Made by a program: the position numbers and the translations under genes. Shown here piece by piece: positions 48,461 to 63,107 of a stretch of 64,000 bases of DNA. Position 1 is the stretch's first letter; each line of letters opens with the position of its first letter. The stretch lies in the NCBI GenBank assembly GCA_009103225.1, contig RHPI01001737.1, positions 735,646-799,645 on the forward strand, read 5' to 3'. The notes under the pieces are model-generated. The model did no database searches, had not been told where the DNA came from, and saw only the letters and a program-made list of their open reading frames with translations. Origin of the DNA: Chlorokybus atmophyticus. Taxonomy: Eukaryota; Plantae; Mesostigma and Chlorokybus algae.

Positions 48461-50802
48461 GCCGAATGACGAGAAACAGAACCAAGGCACACAGGCTCAT
48501 AAGGGATGTGCCGATCAGAATGGAAAGACCGTCTGCTGACCAAACAAGAGAGACTCAAGGAGCAGAATGCGTGGTAAATTCTTGAGACTCATACCTTGCT
48601 TGGATGTCGTTCAGCTCACCACCGGCAGACTCGCTGCTGCTCGCAGCGCAGCGAGTGCATGCAGGCAGGCGGCGTACAGAGCGCAACGTCGGCGATGGCG
48701 ACAGCGAAGGCGATGGCAGCAGCCGCGCTGAAGGGCAACCGGCTGACCGCAGCCGGCGTGCATGCATGCACGCCTGGCTTAGTCTCGGCACAGTCATGCT
48801 GCTCATGTTCATGTTCGCTGGAGAGTCGGCAAGGGCAGGGCCAGCGGTGAGAGCCGTAGAGTACCCGCAAGCTCAACTAGAGCCCTTGTCGAACAGCAGC
48901 AACCACAACCACAACACAAGGCCTTGCTATGTTACAGCTCCAGCATAGACCTCTCCCCTACCGCCGGCAAGGCTTGACCACCGCTGTAGCGAGGCCTGCC
49001 TCAACATTGACGTCAGCAACATTAGCTTCTGCATGCAAAAATAGGTAGCGTGTTGAGCGGCTCTGCAGTGCAGAGTCTGCACTGTCGGTCGACTGACTGA
49101 ACGTTGTCAATGGTCGACCAGTTGAACCAATAGAAAAGCCGAAGCTGGCCGGGTGTGTGGAGGCCACTTGCACTGTGCCAAAGACGACACAACAAACTTG
49201 TCAACAACTTGTCAACAGTAAATTTCCAACTTATATGGCAGCCTGCAAGCGTGAGGTTCTGTGAGGATCTGTCACGCTCCAGCGCGCGCAGGCCACAGCC
49301 ATTATGGCTCTAGCTGCAGCTGCAGTGCACGCAGCGCCCTCCTTGCGTGTGCACGATAGACATCATGTAGCACTTGAGGACATTGCTCGTGTACAGCCTA
49401 CCATATGATTGTGTTTGAGTAGGGTAGCATTGGACACCGCACACCACAACCGCCAGTTGGCACCCGTGCAATATACTCATCAGCGTGAGGGGCCCATTGT
49501 GGTACAAGTGCATCAAGCTTGGGCCGGCGTTACACAATTACTGAATTTACCACAATTTGGCCTAAGGGCATACATCCACATATGGCTAAGAGGGGCCTAT
49601 ACACAATCCAATTCAATTCAATTTAATTCAATTCAGTTGCAAGTACCACACTGTGACCACAACAATTACAACTGAACATGAGCGGCACTGCTAGCCACAC
49701 AGAATCGTGCCATGCGTATTCTCCACAATGTACCATATATCACTTTCGTCCAACTTTGTCGTCATGAATACGGCAGCAGAGCCAAAAGCTGATGCATAAT
49801 CTTGATTTGTTATGTCATATCCAATGCCTTCCATTTGACGTTGGGGTAATCATATGATACATGCATGCCTAACGGGGAGGTTGGTAGGGGTGTAGGTTAT
49901 ATCAATAGATGGCATTGGCCTCGTGGTTGTGTATGAGATAAAATTGTATGTGTGGTCTACTATGGGGGAGTGCTCATGTGCATGCCATGCATGCATGCAT
50001 CTATAACACCTCGCTTATCCTATGCACATGTATGTGTTACTGTGTTACTGTGTGTGCGCAGACTGCATGTGTGCAATATGACTCATACTCTATGCATAGT
50101 GTAAATAACGTGTTGCAAAGTTACCCTATCCACGCTGATGCAATAGAATGGCTGCTGATACACAGACTCCAAGTTAATAAGTAATTGAAAATGTTGATAA
50201 CAAATAATGCAAAGTGGTTGTTGAAGCTTATGCTTCGTTATCTGGGCACCATTGTGCTAGGTAAAATAGTTTTGTGTTATATGACTCGAGCAATACCACA
50301 TTATCAACGCCTGAATCATGGGATGCAGTGCCCTCATGGCTGGGACCCATGCGAATGCGGGCTCCCTTTGCTTATTGTACAAGCGCGTCACCACAATGTC
50401 AGGATCTTGTAACATTGGTAAATTGCATAACAATATGATAGCTTAGTGTTCTATCGATGATTATGCCCATCAGGCCCAACGGGCTATCAATGATCATGCC
50501 ATTCCTGCACGAAAGTGTTTTTATTAATCATTTACACGTTGGTTACATTAGTCAATATGTTGTACAAACTCACAAGAATTGCAATATAGATTCACAATCA
50601 TGGATAACATGCACATATCAATGTATACTTGAATGTGGAGGGGATCAGCCTCACTGCATGCGAGAGCAAGAATGAGAGCGAGCGAGCGAGAGCGTGCGCG
50701 CGCGCGGGAGAGGGGGGGGGGGGGGAGAGAGNNNNNNNNNNNNNNNNNNNNNNNNNNNNNNNNNNNNNNNNNNNNNNNNNGGGGGGGGGGGGGGGGGGGG
50801 GG

Positions 50803-50845
<43 letters not shown>

Positions 50846-52224
50846 TCTCTAGCTCCACACATAGTGACAAACCAGCACTGTGATGCCTATTATTTCAGCT
50901 GCCGGAAGCTTTCTATTGCCCTGGGCTTCTCATGGAGCTCCCTCAGATTTCGCCTGCATGTGCAAGTGTTTCAACAACAGCTTGTACGTCGCAGATCCGT
51001 CACAGGAAGTGCATGCCAAGATTCAACGTGGGAGCGCTGTGTATGGATTTTTATTTGGAGCAATACAACGCTACAAGCAGCACCTGCCAACAGGTCCGCT
51101 TTGAACAGTTACTGCTGGCCAAGTGCAATGCAAGCAATTGAGAGACTGTGGATGGAACGCTGCATGTGACGATGTGAGTGCACCTCATGCAGCTCTAGGC
51201 GCCAGCAGAGCTTCCCGCAGAGGCGATGTCTGTCAAAAGCAGCAGCCACTCTTTTACTTATAAATGTTGAGTTTTGTCAATGGCACCAGACAATGACTCT
51301 CAGTTGAACCAGCGCAGCGGAGACACGGAGCTTGTGGTCTCAGCCTCCGATGCATGCACCGCTATGCTATTGATTGATTTAGCCATTGCAATTGACAAGA
51401 AGTACTGAGTCATGTTGTCAATGCTACCTTGACGAGTGAGCTGACAACTGAAAGTGAAATCTGCCATAGCATAATAGTTTGTGTTGTGCATAGAACATCA
51501 GTGCCATGATGATTGAGCAGTCATGAATGACTGGCTCACCCATTCTGGATCCACTCTGTTGTGCACGACTGAAGTCCTGAAGGTTGAGTCGCCACCATAG
51601 AGCTTGCAGTATGCGTATATCCTTCCCTGCAGCACAAAGCATACACTGAAAGACCTCCCAAATTCCAATCAGAAGTATGAAAGTAACGTGCTGCTTGCTG
51701 ACAGTAGTTTGCAGCGGTGCCCGAGACACTTACAGAGAACAGAGTGACAGGTGACCCTTGTGCAGACGTCAAGCCTTGATAGTAGTTGCCGTCAACAAGA
51801 AACCTTTGAACCCGTTCGCCTTTGTCTCTGGCTTCTTTTCAGCGCGTGCTTTGAGATGGAATGCGTGCTGCTACTTGGTGTCGGTAGGCTGTTACCTGAT
51901 GGCAACGACTATTTGAATCTGTGGACAACCATGCATGGCAACCTTTGTAATTGAGACGGCATGTACGAACAGGTGTGTGGTCAATGACGGATGTTCTCCA
52001 GCGTCAGCGTGATCTGCAAGGCCCTGCAAATCACCTGGTGAGGACTGAACACGCGCACATGAGCAATCAAGCAAAGATACAATCTTGGATTGACACGCGA
52101 CTCCATGCATGGAGAGCGTGCATGCAAGGAATGCCTCGTGCAAACAATGTCATTATCATGTCATTATGTAAGCTACTGAACATAATCGTCACCATCATTT
52201 CCAGCAACCCCTTTCATCTGAGTT

Positions 52225-52953
52225 TAGAGGTTGGGGTCTTAGTCAGGGTGGTCTTCACCAGCTAGCGCACCTTCTCGATGGTGACGACGTGGTTGGCCTG
52301 GCCGGGGCCGCCGGCGCCAGGGAGACGGAGGAACATCGTCTCAAAGGTCCCCGTCTGCAGGGGACATAAAACCTATCTGCCTTTACTTCTACTCACGACG
52401 CGTATGCAAAAGCAAACAGGTGGTTTTGCAAACCTGTCCGGTTGTGTGAATGTGTTGCTGAGATCCAGTGGCTTGGTGCGGCCCGGAAGGCTGCAACCAG
52501 AGACCGTATGAGTACACATATGTGCCACACGCTTGCAGCATGTGACATGTGGGCAGCATTGACGCAAGCACGGATGCACACACACGCATACATACACATG
52601 CACGTGCATACACGTGCCTATGTACATGTGTGCGTCTGCGAACGCATACCCACATACACGCACACACCTGACTAGTCCTCCAAGGGGAGCCAGAACGGGG
52701 AGCACATCCTGGAGGTTGTAGTCGGGGTGGGCGCCAATGGGAACATAGTCACCGCCGCAGAGGCCGGCCTTCTTCAGCTGGGCCTCCACGGGGTCCTTAC
52801 GATTGACGCAGGCGTCGGCGCCAAGAGCGCGCGCGCAGAGCTTGATTTCTGGACACGATGCTGGCACCACAGCCTTGTAATTCAACATGTAACCAACCGG
52901 AACAGCGTCCATAAAAACTGCAGTGACGATATGCACACAAGCGCACACGTGCG

Positions 52954-53002
<49 letters not shown>

Positions 53003-53600
53003 NAGGGTCTGCATGCACACACGCGTTCCTGAACAGCGCGCACGCACACCCCTTTATCAACGCACCTTTTGGGCAATCTGGATGGCGTTGGAGCCAACAC
53101 CGCCAGTGCCGCCACAATGTGGGCAACAGGCTGGGGAGGACGTCATACTCATCGGAAGGCGTGGCCTCGTTTGGGACTGTTGACAAAACAAACGATGTTG
53201 GTAAGACCATCGTTATGCGCGTAATCACTCACGCAGGCACATGCACGCACATGCACACACGTACACATGGGCGCATGCGTGCACACGCGAACACACACAC
53301 TCCCTGCATGTGTGAGATTTATTGATAACCATTGTAGTAGCATACAAGCAAAATGTAACGACGTGCAATGACGTGATGTGTGAGACCTGATGGGTTGTGC
53401 CAGTGATATCACAACCACCACAGACTGGTGTGTGCATGTGCGCATGTGCGCGTCGAGTGCTACAGACAACCACAAAGCATGTGCTGCAGACTGTGGGTTC
53501 TCTCTTACCGGCGTGCAGCTGTTGGAAGAGGCTCGCCTACAGCTACGCTTGCCCCTTTCTGACAATGTCGTGGTTGTCATCCACAACAAAAAGAGGGCGA
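52225..53600 (-). pseudogene. MDR-superfamily oxidoreductase pseudogene, copy B
   Basis: Spliced exons CGGTGGVGSNAIQIAQK | ...VPASCPEIKLCARALGADACVNRKDPVEAQLKKAGL...HPDYNLQDVLPVLAPLG | KPLDLSNT | TGTFETM; in-frame stop in the last exon; N-terminal half not recognisable. Confidence 0.78.
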
Positions 53601-53983
53601 GATAGAGCAAGAGACAGCAACATGTGCGGCTTGAGTCCAAGCATGCATGCCAAGCAGCGCTAGTCATCTCTCGGCTGGCAGGACAAGGTAGCCGAGACGC
53701 TGCCTTGCACCGGATGAAGCAGCTGCACAAGCGGTGAGGGCAGTGCTAAGTTTAGTGCTTTCGCAAGCTTAGACGCTGAAGCATGCTGTCAAGACTTGCT
53801 AACGCTCTGCCATTGAACAGAGTCAAGCTTGGTGAGCTACGCAAAAAGAAGAGCACCTGGTGCAAAAAACAGTTGATTACATCGTGCACATGCGCTGTCT
53901 GTTGCTGTCGGTTCACACACGCACACGCAGGAAGGGGGGAGGGGGGGAGAGAGGGGGAGAGGGAGAGGGAGAGAGGGAGAGAN

Positions 53984-54819
<836 letters not shown>

Positions 54820-55784
54820 TGCTGACAGTGCTGCCGCAGGCGATGACCACCTCAATGGAGCCCGTCGCGGCCATGGCCGCACGACCATTGCGTCCGACTC
54901 ACCGTCTCCCAGCCGTAGACATGCCTAATCTCGTCTCTGTACAACCAGACATGCAAGTCTTTGCACACACAGGATACGCCTTCACCACCGTGCCGAAGCG
55001 TGGCTTTGGGGAGGGCTTTCAAAGCCCGGCAGGCCCAGCAGGCACAAGTTGTGCTGGCGGGCCGGCCAGCATTTGTCATTGCTGACGGTGGTGAGGAGGA
55101 GCTCAAAGCGAGCAGCCCCTTGAGGGAAGCCAGCGCATGCGGCAGGTGCCGTGGCCCTGTGGGAGGCGGCCGGGTGCGAAGGAGCTGCTGCCACGTGGAG
55201 GAATCCAGATACGGAGAAAGGTTTAGGTGAACAACACCATCGTCTTCGACGGATAGTCTTCGCCTCTGTGGCTACTAGGAACTTGTCGCACTCTTCAACG
55301 GCGCGGCCACAGAGCAGCAGCAGAGGGACGGCAGGCTTGCCCCCCTCCGGCAACTCAGCAAAGCCGGCCTCAACCGCTGCATCATGCCACAGGGGAAGAG
55401 AGAGACATGCACACGTAACATGTGACAGACATGTGACTCAACCAGATTGCACGTGACTACAGGTGCGTGTGCCTGCAAAACAACAAGGTTCAAGCGCCAC
55501 TACGGAAAGCACTGTCACCACGCTTGTGCAAGAAGCAACTTGTCTCATCCACACGCTACACTTTGACTCATCCCTGCTCCCCCTCCTCTCCACCCCTTTA
55601 CTCCTCCTCTCTCACACACCCATACTTCGATGTGTATCTTTACTCCTCAGTTGGCGCGCCGTTTCGCGCAAGAGCTAGTGCCATTTGCTCTTCAAAATAC
55701 TCTGCAGTCAAGCAAACACGCAATCAGCTTAGTCTGCTGTATACCGTAGTAGTAACGCCGTGTTGTTACATATCACATACCCAT

Positions 55785-56020
55785 CATGCCCAATGGATGA
55801 AACATCCCACGGACTTTTAGGTGGTCTGCCACCAATTGCTCCTTCTCCTTCCTGGCTTGCTGCTTGAATTCCTTCAGCGCCAACTCCCGTTGGGCCAGCT
55901 CACGATCAACGTCAAGCTTGACTGAGACCAACTCCTGGCACATGTCAGTGAAGGCTCTATCGTCCTTTGCACCAGCGTACCATGCGTCGACAAGGGGTCC
56001 CCAACGCTCCCCAAGCATTG
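55785..56020 (-). pseudogene. Unknown coiled-coil exon (unit B)
   Basis: MLGERWGPLVD...ELAQRELALKEFKQQARKEKEQLVADHLKVRGMF. Confidence 0.5.
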
Positions 56021-56308
56021 ACTTCAAATGCGCTTGCCTATGCCAGCATGCACCAGCGTTGGACCAGTAGGCAAGGCAAACACAGCAGCAAGCTCCCCTG
56101 GCTTAACAGTCAATGCCCCTACTTATTGGAGTGCAGGACTGCAATTGGTGATGAATAATGCTGAATGAATAATGCTGCAGGGCAGTTAGCTATAACACTT
56201 CTGTGCAGGTCACATGGGGTGGGTGCGAGGCATACACAAACAGGAGTGCGCTGTGCAGCAGTAATAAACGCTCCTCCACCGACCAGAACAGAGTAACTAC
56301 GAACATTA

Positions 56309-56390
56309 GAAACTGACATAATGATATGAGCAGCGGAATAGGAGGTCTGTGCGCCGGTGCGCTGCTTGAACGCTATGGATATGAGGCTAG
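56309..56390 (+). pseudogene. FAD-binding (GxGxxG) fragment, CRTISO/phytoene-dehydrogenase-like (unit B)
   Basis: ETDI..SSGIGGLCAGALLERYGY with a frameshift/stop. Confidence 0.6.
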
Positions 56391-57964
56391 GCTGATCAGA
56401 GAAACAGAACCAATGCACACGCTGGCAGGCTTATATGGGATGTGGCTTTCAGAGTTCACAAACCAAACAGTAGCGCCTCAACGAGCAGACGGCGCGAATA
56501 ACCCTTTACCAGCGTGCATACCTTGCTTGAGGGTTCGCTTCACCACCGTCAGACTCGCTGCTGCTCGCAACGCAGCGAATGCATGCAGGCAGGCGGCCGA
56601 CACTGCGCAGCGTCGGCGATGGCGATCGCGAAGGCGGTGGCAAGGGACGCGCTGCAGAGCAGCTAGTTGACCGCAGCCGGCGTACGTGCATGCACGCCTG
56701 GCTCAGTCTCGACACAATAGCGCTGCTCATCCTTGCTGTAGGGTCCACAGGGGCAGGGCCAGCGGCGAAAGTAGCTACAATAGAGCCCGCAAACTCAATC
56801 TGAGACCGTGCTAAACAATAGCATCCACAACCACAAAACAAGGTCTTGCTGTGTTACAGCTCCAGCATAGATCTCTTCCTCACCGCCGGCTTGACCACCG
56901 CTCTAACTAGGCCTACCTCAACAATGACGGCAGCAACATCAACGTCTGCATGCAACAATAGGCAGGGGTTGCTGCGGCTCTGTAGTGCAGAGTCTGCACT
57001 GTCAGTCGACTGACTGCACTGTCGTCGACGGTCGATGCAAGCCGCAGCAATTAGATATGATTTATCGTCGGATAAAAAGCCAAGCTGGCCACTTGCCCTG
57101 TGCCAAACAGCAACACAACAAACTTGTCGTGAGTCAACAGAAGAAGAATGTCAAGCAAAGCAGCCTGCAAGTGTGCGGGGTCGTTTTGGCGCCAGCTGGC
57201 GGCAGCGGCGGCGGCACTTTCAGCGGCGGGGTCGGCGGGGTCGTGGGAAGGGACAATCAGGGTGCTTTAGACGACTGTAGCTACCGGCTTGGCCGGCGGC
57301 GGTGTGGTCTGGAGTGGTTGAGTTTGCCAGGGGCGTGTTCGGGGAGCAGCTTGACTCCGTCACCTCCTTCAGCACATCAAGGTTGGTTTACTTGGCTGGC
57401 TGCCTCACCTGCACGCTACGTCTGCAAGCAAACGAACATTGGTCCAAGTGACCCCTGCAGGATTGTTGTTACTTGCTGCTAGCAGTCCCTCAGCCAGCGA
57501 CAGAAAGACAGCTGCCATGCCATGTGATGGCTGACTGCAGCCGTGGGTCGTGCGCATTGTGCGCTTCTTCATAGTCTCTCGCACAAGCACTAGAACACAA
57601 TGCGGACGGGTTGCATTGTCATTGTCATGCTCACAGCACGAGGAGTCCTTTAGCTCATGCCATGTGCACGTGTGCCTGTCGTTTGCCTCGTGGTTCTCCT
57701 CACATGTCACGCGACCCAGCTGTTTTTCTCTCCTGGTCACTTTTCTTCACGGCTAGCACAGTGTCTTCGTGAAAGAGTTGGCGTTCTTACAAGAACTCTT
57801 TCCCAAGAACCTGCTACCTGCAAATTCACTGCAACCATTGTGCGTGCGCATTTCAGGTGCAGGTGGGAATGCCACAGACGTGAAAGCCAGCAAAACGTCG
57901 GTGGAGGCGTGCTGCAGCTTTCCAATATCAACTGGTGGCTACTTACAACGGCCAGTTTACAGCA

Positions 57965-59554
57965 ATGGCTTCAGCAAGCCATTGCACAGCAGTGTTCTCA
58001 CCCTCTGCACCAGTTGTAAGGTTGTTGACTTCATCAAGGACGAGAAGAGCTAATAATGGTGTTGATGGCGCGAAACCAAGCAACCAGATTGTCATGCCAT
58101 CTCGACCCAATTTGCAAAGAAGGAGAAGAATATCACCACAGGCGGGTAACACTGCTTGTGAGTGGGTTGATAGAGTAGCATGCTGATCCAAATGTACCAT
58201 TTCAGGCGTTGGTTATGTGTTCAAGTGTGGTTGTTGGCGAGTCTTCAAGTGCGCCCTCTGAACTTGAAGCAGAACAGAGTGGCACCAGCAGCAGCAGCGG
58301 CGGCGGTGGTGATGGCTTGGTGTATGGCAAGTTCTCGTTGCAAGGCGTGCGCGAGGAGATGGTAGGTTCTGGTCTGGTCACAGGCATCAACAGTGTCACT
58401 GCTGCATTGCAAACACTGTCTTGCAAACTGTAGGAGGACCAGATGGCGATTGTTGACCAAGCATTTGGGGGATATCTGTATGCTGGCATATTTGATGGGC
58501 ACAACGGCAAGGCTGCTGCACAGTACTTGAGGTTAGTATGCATGTGCACGCGTTGTGTGATCCAAGCAAGTTTGATGAAGCCAAGTCGCATACAATGCAA
58601 AGCGATTTGACACATTGCTCATCACACAGGGACCATCTGTACCAAGTGTGTGTCGACACTTTTGCCGGCAAAGAGGGAGTGCTCAGCGATGAAGAAAGTG
58701 CGGCTTCTGCTATCACAGAGGCATTCCAGGCTGCGGATAGCAGCTTGCGAGAAAGGTGTGTTTGTTGTGCTTTAGTATTGCATTTGAAGCTAGTCACAAG
58801 TTACAGCAACAGTTGTGAGATCCGATGATTCGTGTCAGAATTTCCGCAGCAAGGTGGAGGCTCATCATGTGTTTCTACCAGGTTGTTGCAGGACGAGTCA
58901 CCTGAAAAAATGTCGGGCTCAACGGCGGCGGCGGTGTTTGCCAGCCGGGAGCGCGTGGTAGTGGGCAACGTGGGCGACTGCCGCACGGTGGTGTGCCGCG
59001 ATGGCAACGCCATCCAGATGTCGGACGAGCACAGGCTGGATGGGCGCGCCAGGCTTGCCATCCCAGAAGCCCAGCGTATTACAGCCGCGGGCGGGTGGGT
59101 GACGAATGCGCGCGTGTGCGGGATGCTCGCCGTGACTCGTGCATTTGGGGATGTTGAGTACAAGGACCTGAGGCAGTCCCTCCTTGAGCGCGGTGTGAAA
59201 GAGGAGATGTGGTCGGAGGACTTTGCTTCGCGCATCAACATGAAGGGCGACTGGCTGTCCGTTGTGCCCGACGTGCGCGTGTTGGACGTCACGCCTGAGG
59301 ACGAGTTTGTTATTGTGGCATGTGATGGCGTATGGGATGTCTTTGGCAACAACCAGGCCGTGCGCTTTGTGCGCAAGGAGCTCGCCCGCCACGGCAGCGT
59401 GCAGGCTGCGGCTGAGGCGATGTGCACTGCAGCTGTCGAGAGGAGAAAGTCCAAAGACAATGTTAGCGTGGTCATTATAGACTTAGGTAACGGCGAAAGG
59501 GGTACGGAGGATCCGGCTAAGCCATCCGGCTTCTTTGCGGGGCTTTTCAGCTAA
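57965..59554 (+). CDS. PPH1: Chloroplast PP2C phosphatase, PPH1/TAP38-like (LHCII state-transition phosphatase); 5 exons
   Basis: Exons ~57965-58141 (transit peptide), 58206-58361, 58434-58531, 58630-58755, 58882-59554. Motifs SLQGVREEMED, IFDGHNG, SGST, GNVGDC, DG, DNVS; the insert LLERGVKEEMWSEDFASRINMKGD resembles the TAP38-specific insert as I recall it from Arabidopsis. Orthology not tested. Confidence 0.85.
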
Positions 59555-61829
59555 CTTGCTGGGTTCAGCTTCTTGTCAGCTGCGCCATGTTGCCGTGCAG
59601 CTGGCGATTGTGGCTTCATTGCACATTTGCCAATGCAGCAACTTGGACGAGCGAAATTTTGGCCGCCATTAGGAAATTATAACAACGAGGCTACATTTGG
59701 CGCCAAGGTGAAGTATGATATGTACAAGGAGAATGTGAATTGCTGAAGCGGTCTGGCTCATTCATTACAGGTGGTTGGCCTGTATTGGCTAATTGCCGCA
59801 CTGCTTGCTGTGACCAGTCACGTCACTGGTGAACATCTGGTGAGCAAGCAGTTGTACTGATTTTGCAAGTGTCCTTGTGCAATCACTGGTTGAACCAAGC
59901 CCCTATCATGCAGTGCTTGTGCAATATGTCCATGCTTGGACACCACGTTTATTGATTAATAGCAAGTAAATTTGCTTTCTCCTGCAAGTAGCTTCCATTG
60001 GCACATGGGGTGCACAGCAGTTGACGAGACCCTTGTTGCACACAACCTTGCTGACTGCCAAACCGGCTGACTTTGTGACATGGCCATCAAAGGAAAGCTC
60101 ATTGCATCGTTTCACATTGACTACACCCATGCCCAGGACCCAACACTCTACATATAACATCCCTAACAAGGCAAGTTGTATGCGCAGGTACAGTCGGTCA
60201 GTTGTGTATACATAGTCATATAACAAGGCAAGTTGTGTATAATAAATAGAGTGCAAGGATTGTGCGTATGTACACTCCGTCAGTCAGTTCGTTGTGTATA
60301 CACAACACAATACAATGTAACATGTGATTATGGGTTGGCCCAAGCTTCTGAACAAGCGTAGACTGAAACAATATCACCAAGTGCCGCGTGTCTGCAATTT
60401 TGCGTAATGCTTTGTTGAATCCCTCACAACTGGGCAGCAGCAATATGTTATCATTTATCGTCTGAGCTCGCGGTAGTTGATTGCGTTTGCGAGAGAGGAA
60501 AAGTGCATATAATCGAACGGCTAAATGTATTCCAAAGGTCAAATACGCAATGCTATCATTAACATAAGCTTGATAATGCACTCAGGTGTGAATGATACAC
60601 CCAAAAAACATTAGGGAAACATAGTATTGACATTACAGACCAAACAAATCTCAAATAGTAAAATGATTGTTGACACCCCTGCCCTCATCCGCAACTGTTG
60701 TAACTCAACTCATTTTCGTCCCCCTATGTTCTTATTTGCACGTCAATACTCTGCATACCACGCAATTTGCGCATTATAAAAATTATACAAATTTTATAAC
60801 AACATCAACGAAAAAAATGTGATGCACACTGTTATGTTTATGCAATATAGCCCAATATTTAGCGCGCGTAGATGCAATCGCTATATGTTTAAGTATGCAC
60901 ATTTATGTTATGCACAACAGAAACTGGTATACGAGTCTATATATTTGATCCGAGGTTAATTTATGACATCACCAACGTTTAAATCGTTGTAATGATGATA
61001 AACATTCACAAAAATGGAAGGTTGCGTGTAATTCAATACTGTGATTGCCACAAGAAAATCTGGTGCTTTTTAAACTATTTAATGTCACGATTAGGCACAT
61101 GAAAATCGATTGGCAGGTAGAGGATGGATAACTTGCTATGCAGCATGCATTTTTCTCAGGCAGTTTCTAAAGGGGAAAACACGTGTGGCGGCCAAATTAG
61201 CATGGTAGTGCTAATATTACAAATCGAATGTCGAGAATGTAACTTGCATTATTTAACTTTTCACCTCGCTTTTGTTAAGGCCTCAACTTGTACTTTTGCT
61301 CTATCTACAATCTTATGCATCCCCAAACCAACTTTTGTGCTGCATGTTTTTCCTTCACATACCTTAACTCAAGCTAATGTGTACCCAATATGTGTTGTTC
61401 AAAGAATTGAGTTTATTCATCGTTGTGTTTGATAATCAGATTCAAGGCCTCATTAAACATATAAACATAAAGCAACCCTGCTTCATTATAAAAGTGTTAT
61501 AATAAAACATCGGTTTTGTCTTTGACAACATACGATAGCATGCACACATGTGCAAGATGTACTTTTTATCTTGTTGTTCAACACGCCTTGAGTGAAGCAT
61601 GGCTCGAAATAGAAGTTGCCATAGCAAAATAACAATTATTATATACTGCCCTATTAAACTTGCAAGCAACGTGTCTTGGATGAATTGTAGCAGTTACTTG
61701 TAGTATTGGCGTTCTTAAAGCGAACAACAGCAAAACCATAAAGACAGCTTTGTATAGAAGTGCTTAATTTTCTTGACAACTCAACATCAACAGCTTTTGG
61801 CAACAAGAAGCTCTTGTCGAGAACCATCT

Positions 61830-61975
61830 CTAAGTAGGTCAGTAGGCCCAGCCATGCACAGCCCAAAGTTTCTCACTTACTTAACCCATGCGCTCTGCCT
61901 TGCTAAGTAGGTCAGTAGGCCCAGCCATGCACAGCCCAAAGTTTCTCACTCACGTAACCCATGCGCTCTGCCTTG
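61830..61975. repeat. Tandem duplication, 73-bp unit x2
   Basis: CTAAGTAGGTCAGTAGGCCCAGCC...GCGCTCTGCCTTG repeated almost exactly. Confidence 0.92.
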
Positions 61976-62499
61976 CCAAACGCATGTATGCTTGCATACA
62001 GGGATAGGTAGGCATAATGGATTTTCCCCGATGGATGGCGCCGACTGTCGACTGCCACGCGAGCAAGCAACGCGATCAGGATCATCCCTGCCACGTAGGC
62101 GCGCAAGTGCACCAACAACTGCAATCACTGTGTGCAAATGTATGGGCAGAACCACTGGTAGGTTTCTGCACACGCGCTGACGGCAGGTGGGTGTCATAAG
62201 ATAGCATCAATGGGTGTCACAGCACCATGCACACGTAGCATCTTATGCTTACATCCCATACAGTGACAGTGCACGCCACGCCCAGCCCTATCCGCCATGC
62301 GGCAAGCAATTGGTCCACGCATGGCCAATGCACCGACCATCGCATCATCCCTGCATGCAGTGCAACAGTTAAGGCGAGACTACATCTATTCCAGATACAA
62401 AGTGTAGCACAGCAGTTGCTGGTTTAGAGCACTGAGGTCTTGGTGAGCCCCACATCAACAGCATACACGCATACACGCATCGTCCCCCCCGCTTTCAGC

Positions 62500-63073
62500 A
62501 TGGCGCACACCGTGTCTGCTGCTTCCCTGCCCTGCTCACAGCTGAGGGCCCTGTCTGGAGAGCAGCGCATTTCTTCTGGACGCAGTGCCAACCGCCGACA
62601 CTCCAGCAAGGTCAGTGAGCCTGAAGGTCGAGCTGGTTCAACTCGTACATGTGTGCATGCAGTGTGAGCCTGTCTGTGGGTGTGTGTTGCACCTTCACTG
62701 CGTGCGTGTGTGCGCGCATGCAGTGAAGGTGTAGCACTGCTGCTGGTTGAGTGTTGGAACAGCTTCGGTATGTTGCAAAAGTTACAACATCTGACAGTAT
62801 GCAGTGTTTCTCACAGACGCATGCACGCGCCAATGCTTATGCATCCTGTGCATCCTCATGACCTCGCTAGCTTGTGTGTCTGTGTATACGTGCGCAGCGC
62901 ACACTGGTCCGAGCCGCAGCAAACAATGGCGAGAAGCTTAACGCCGTTGTCAACAACGCCAAGAAGGCGGTCTCCCTTGGCCTCACCGCCCTGCTGGCCT
63001 CCACCATGCCCCTCATGGCAGCACCTGTAAGCAAGCAATAAAACCTGCTCAGCTACACACTCTTACCACCACC

Positions 63074-63107
<34 letters not shown>

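Larger units (their letters stand above)
43215..49255. repeat. Tandem segmental duplication, unit A (~6 kb)
   Basis: Colinear with 51085-57180 (e.g. ATGTGAG.GCACCTCATGCAGCTCTAGGCG at 43308 and 51172; GCAGCCTGCAAG at ~49240 and ~57160). Confidence 0.92.

Noticed and set aside
61700-62150. Minus-strand fragment (…FGKAERMGYVSEKLWA…) faintly like a KDZ transposase
   Set aside because: One weak motif, disrupted by a 73-bp duplication; no supporting catalytic residues.
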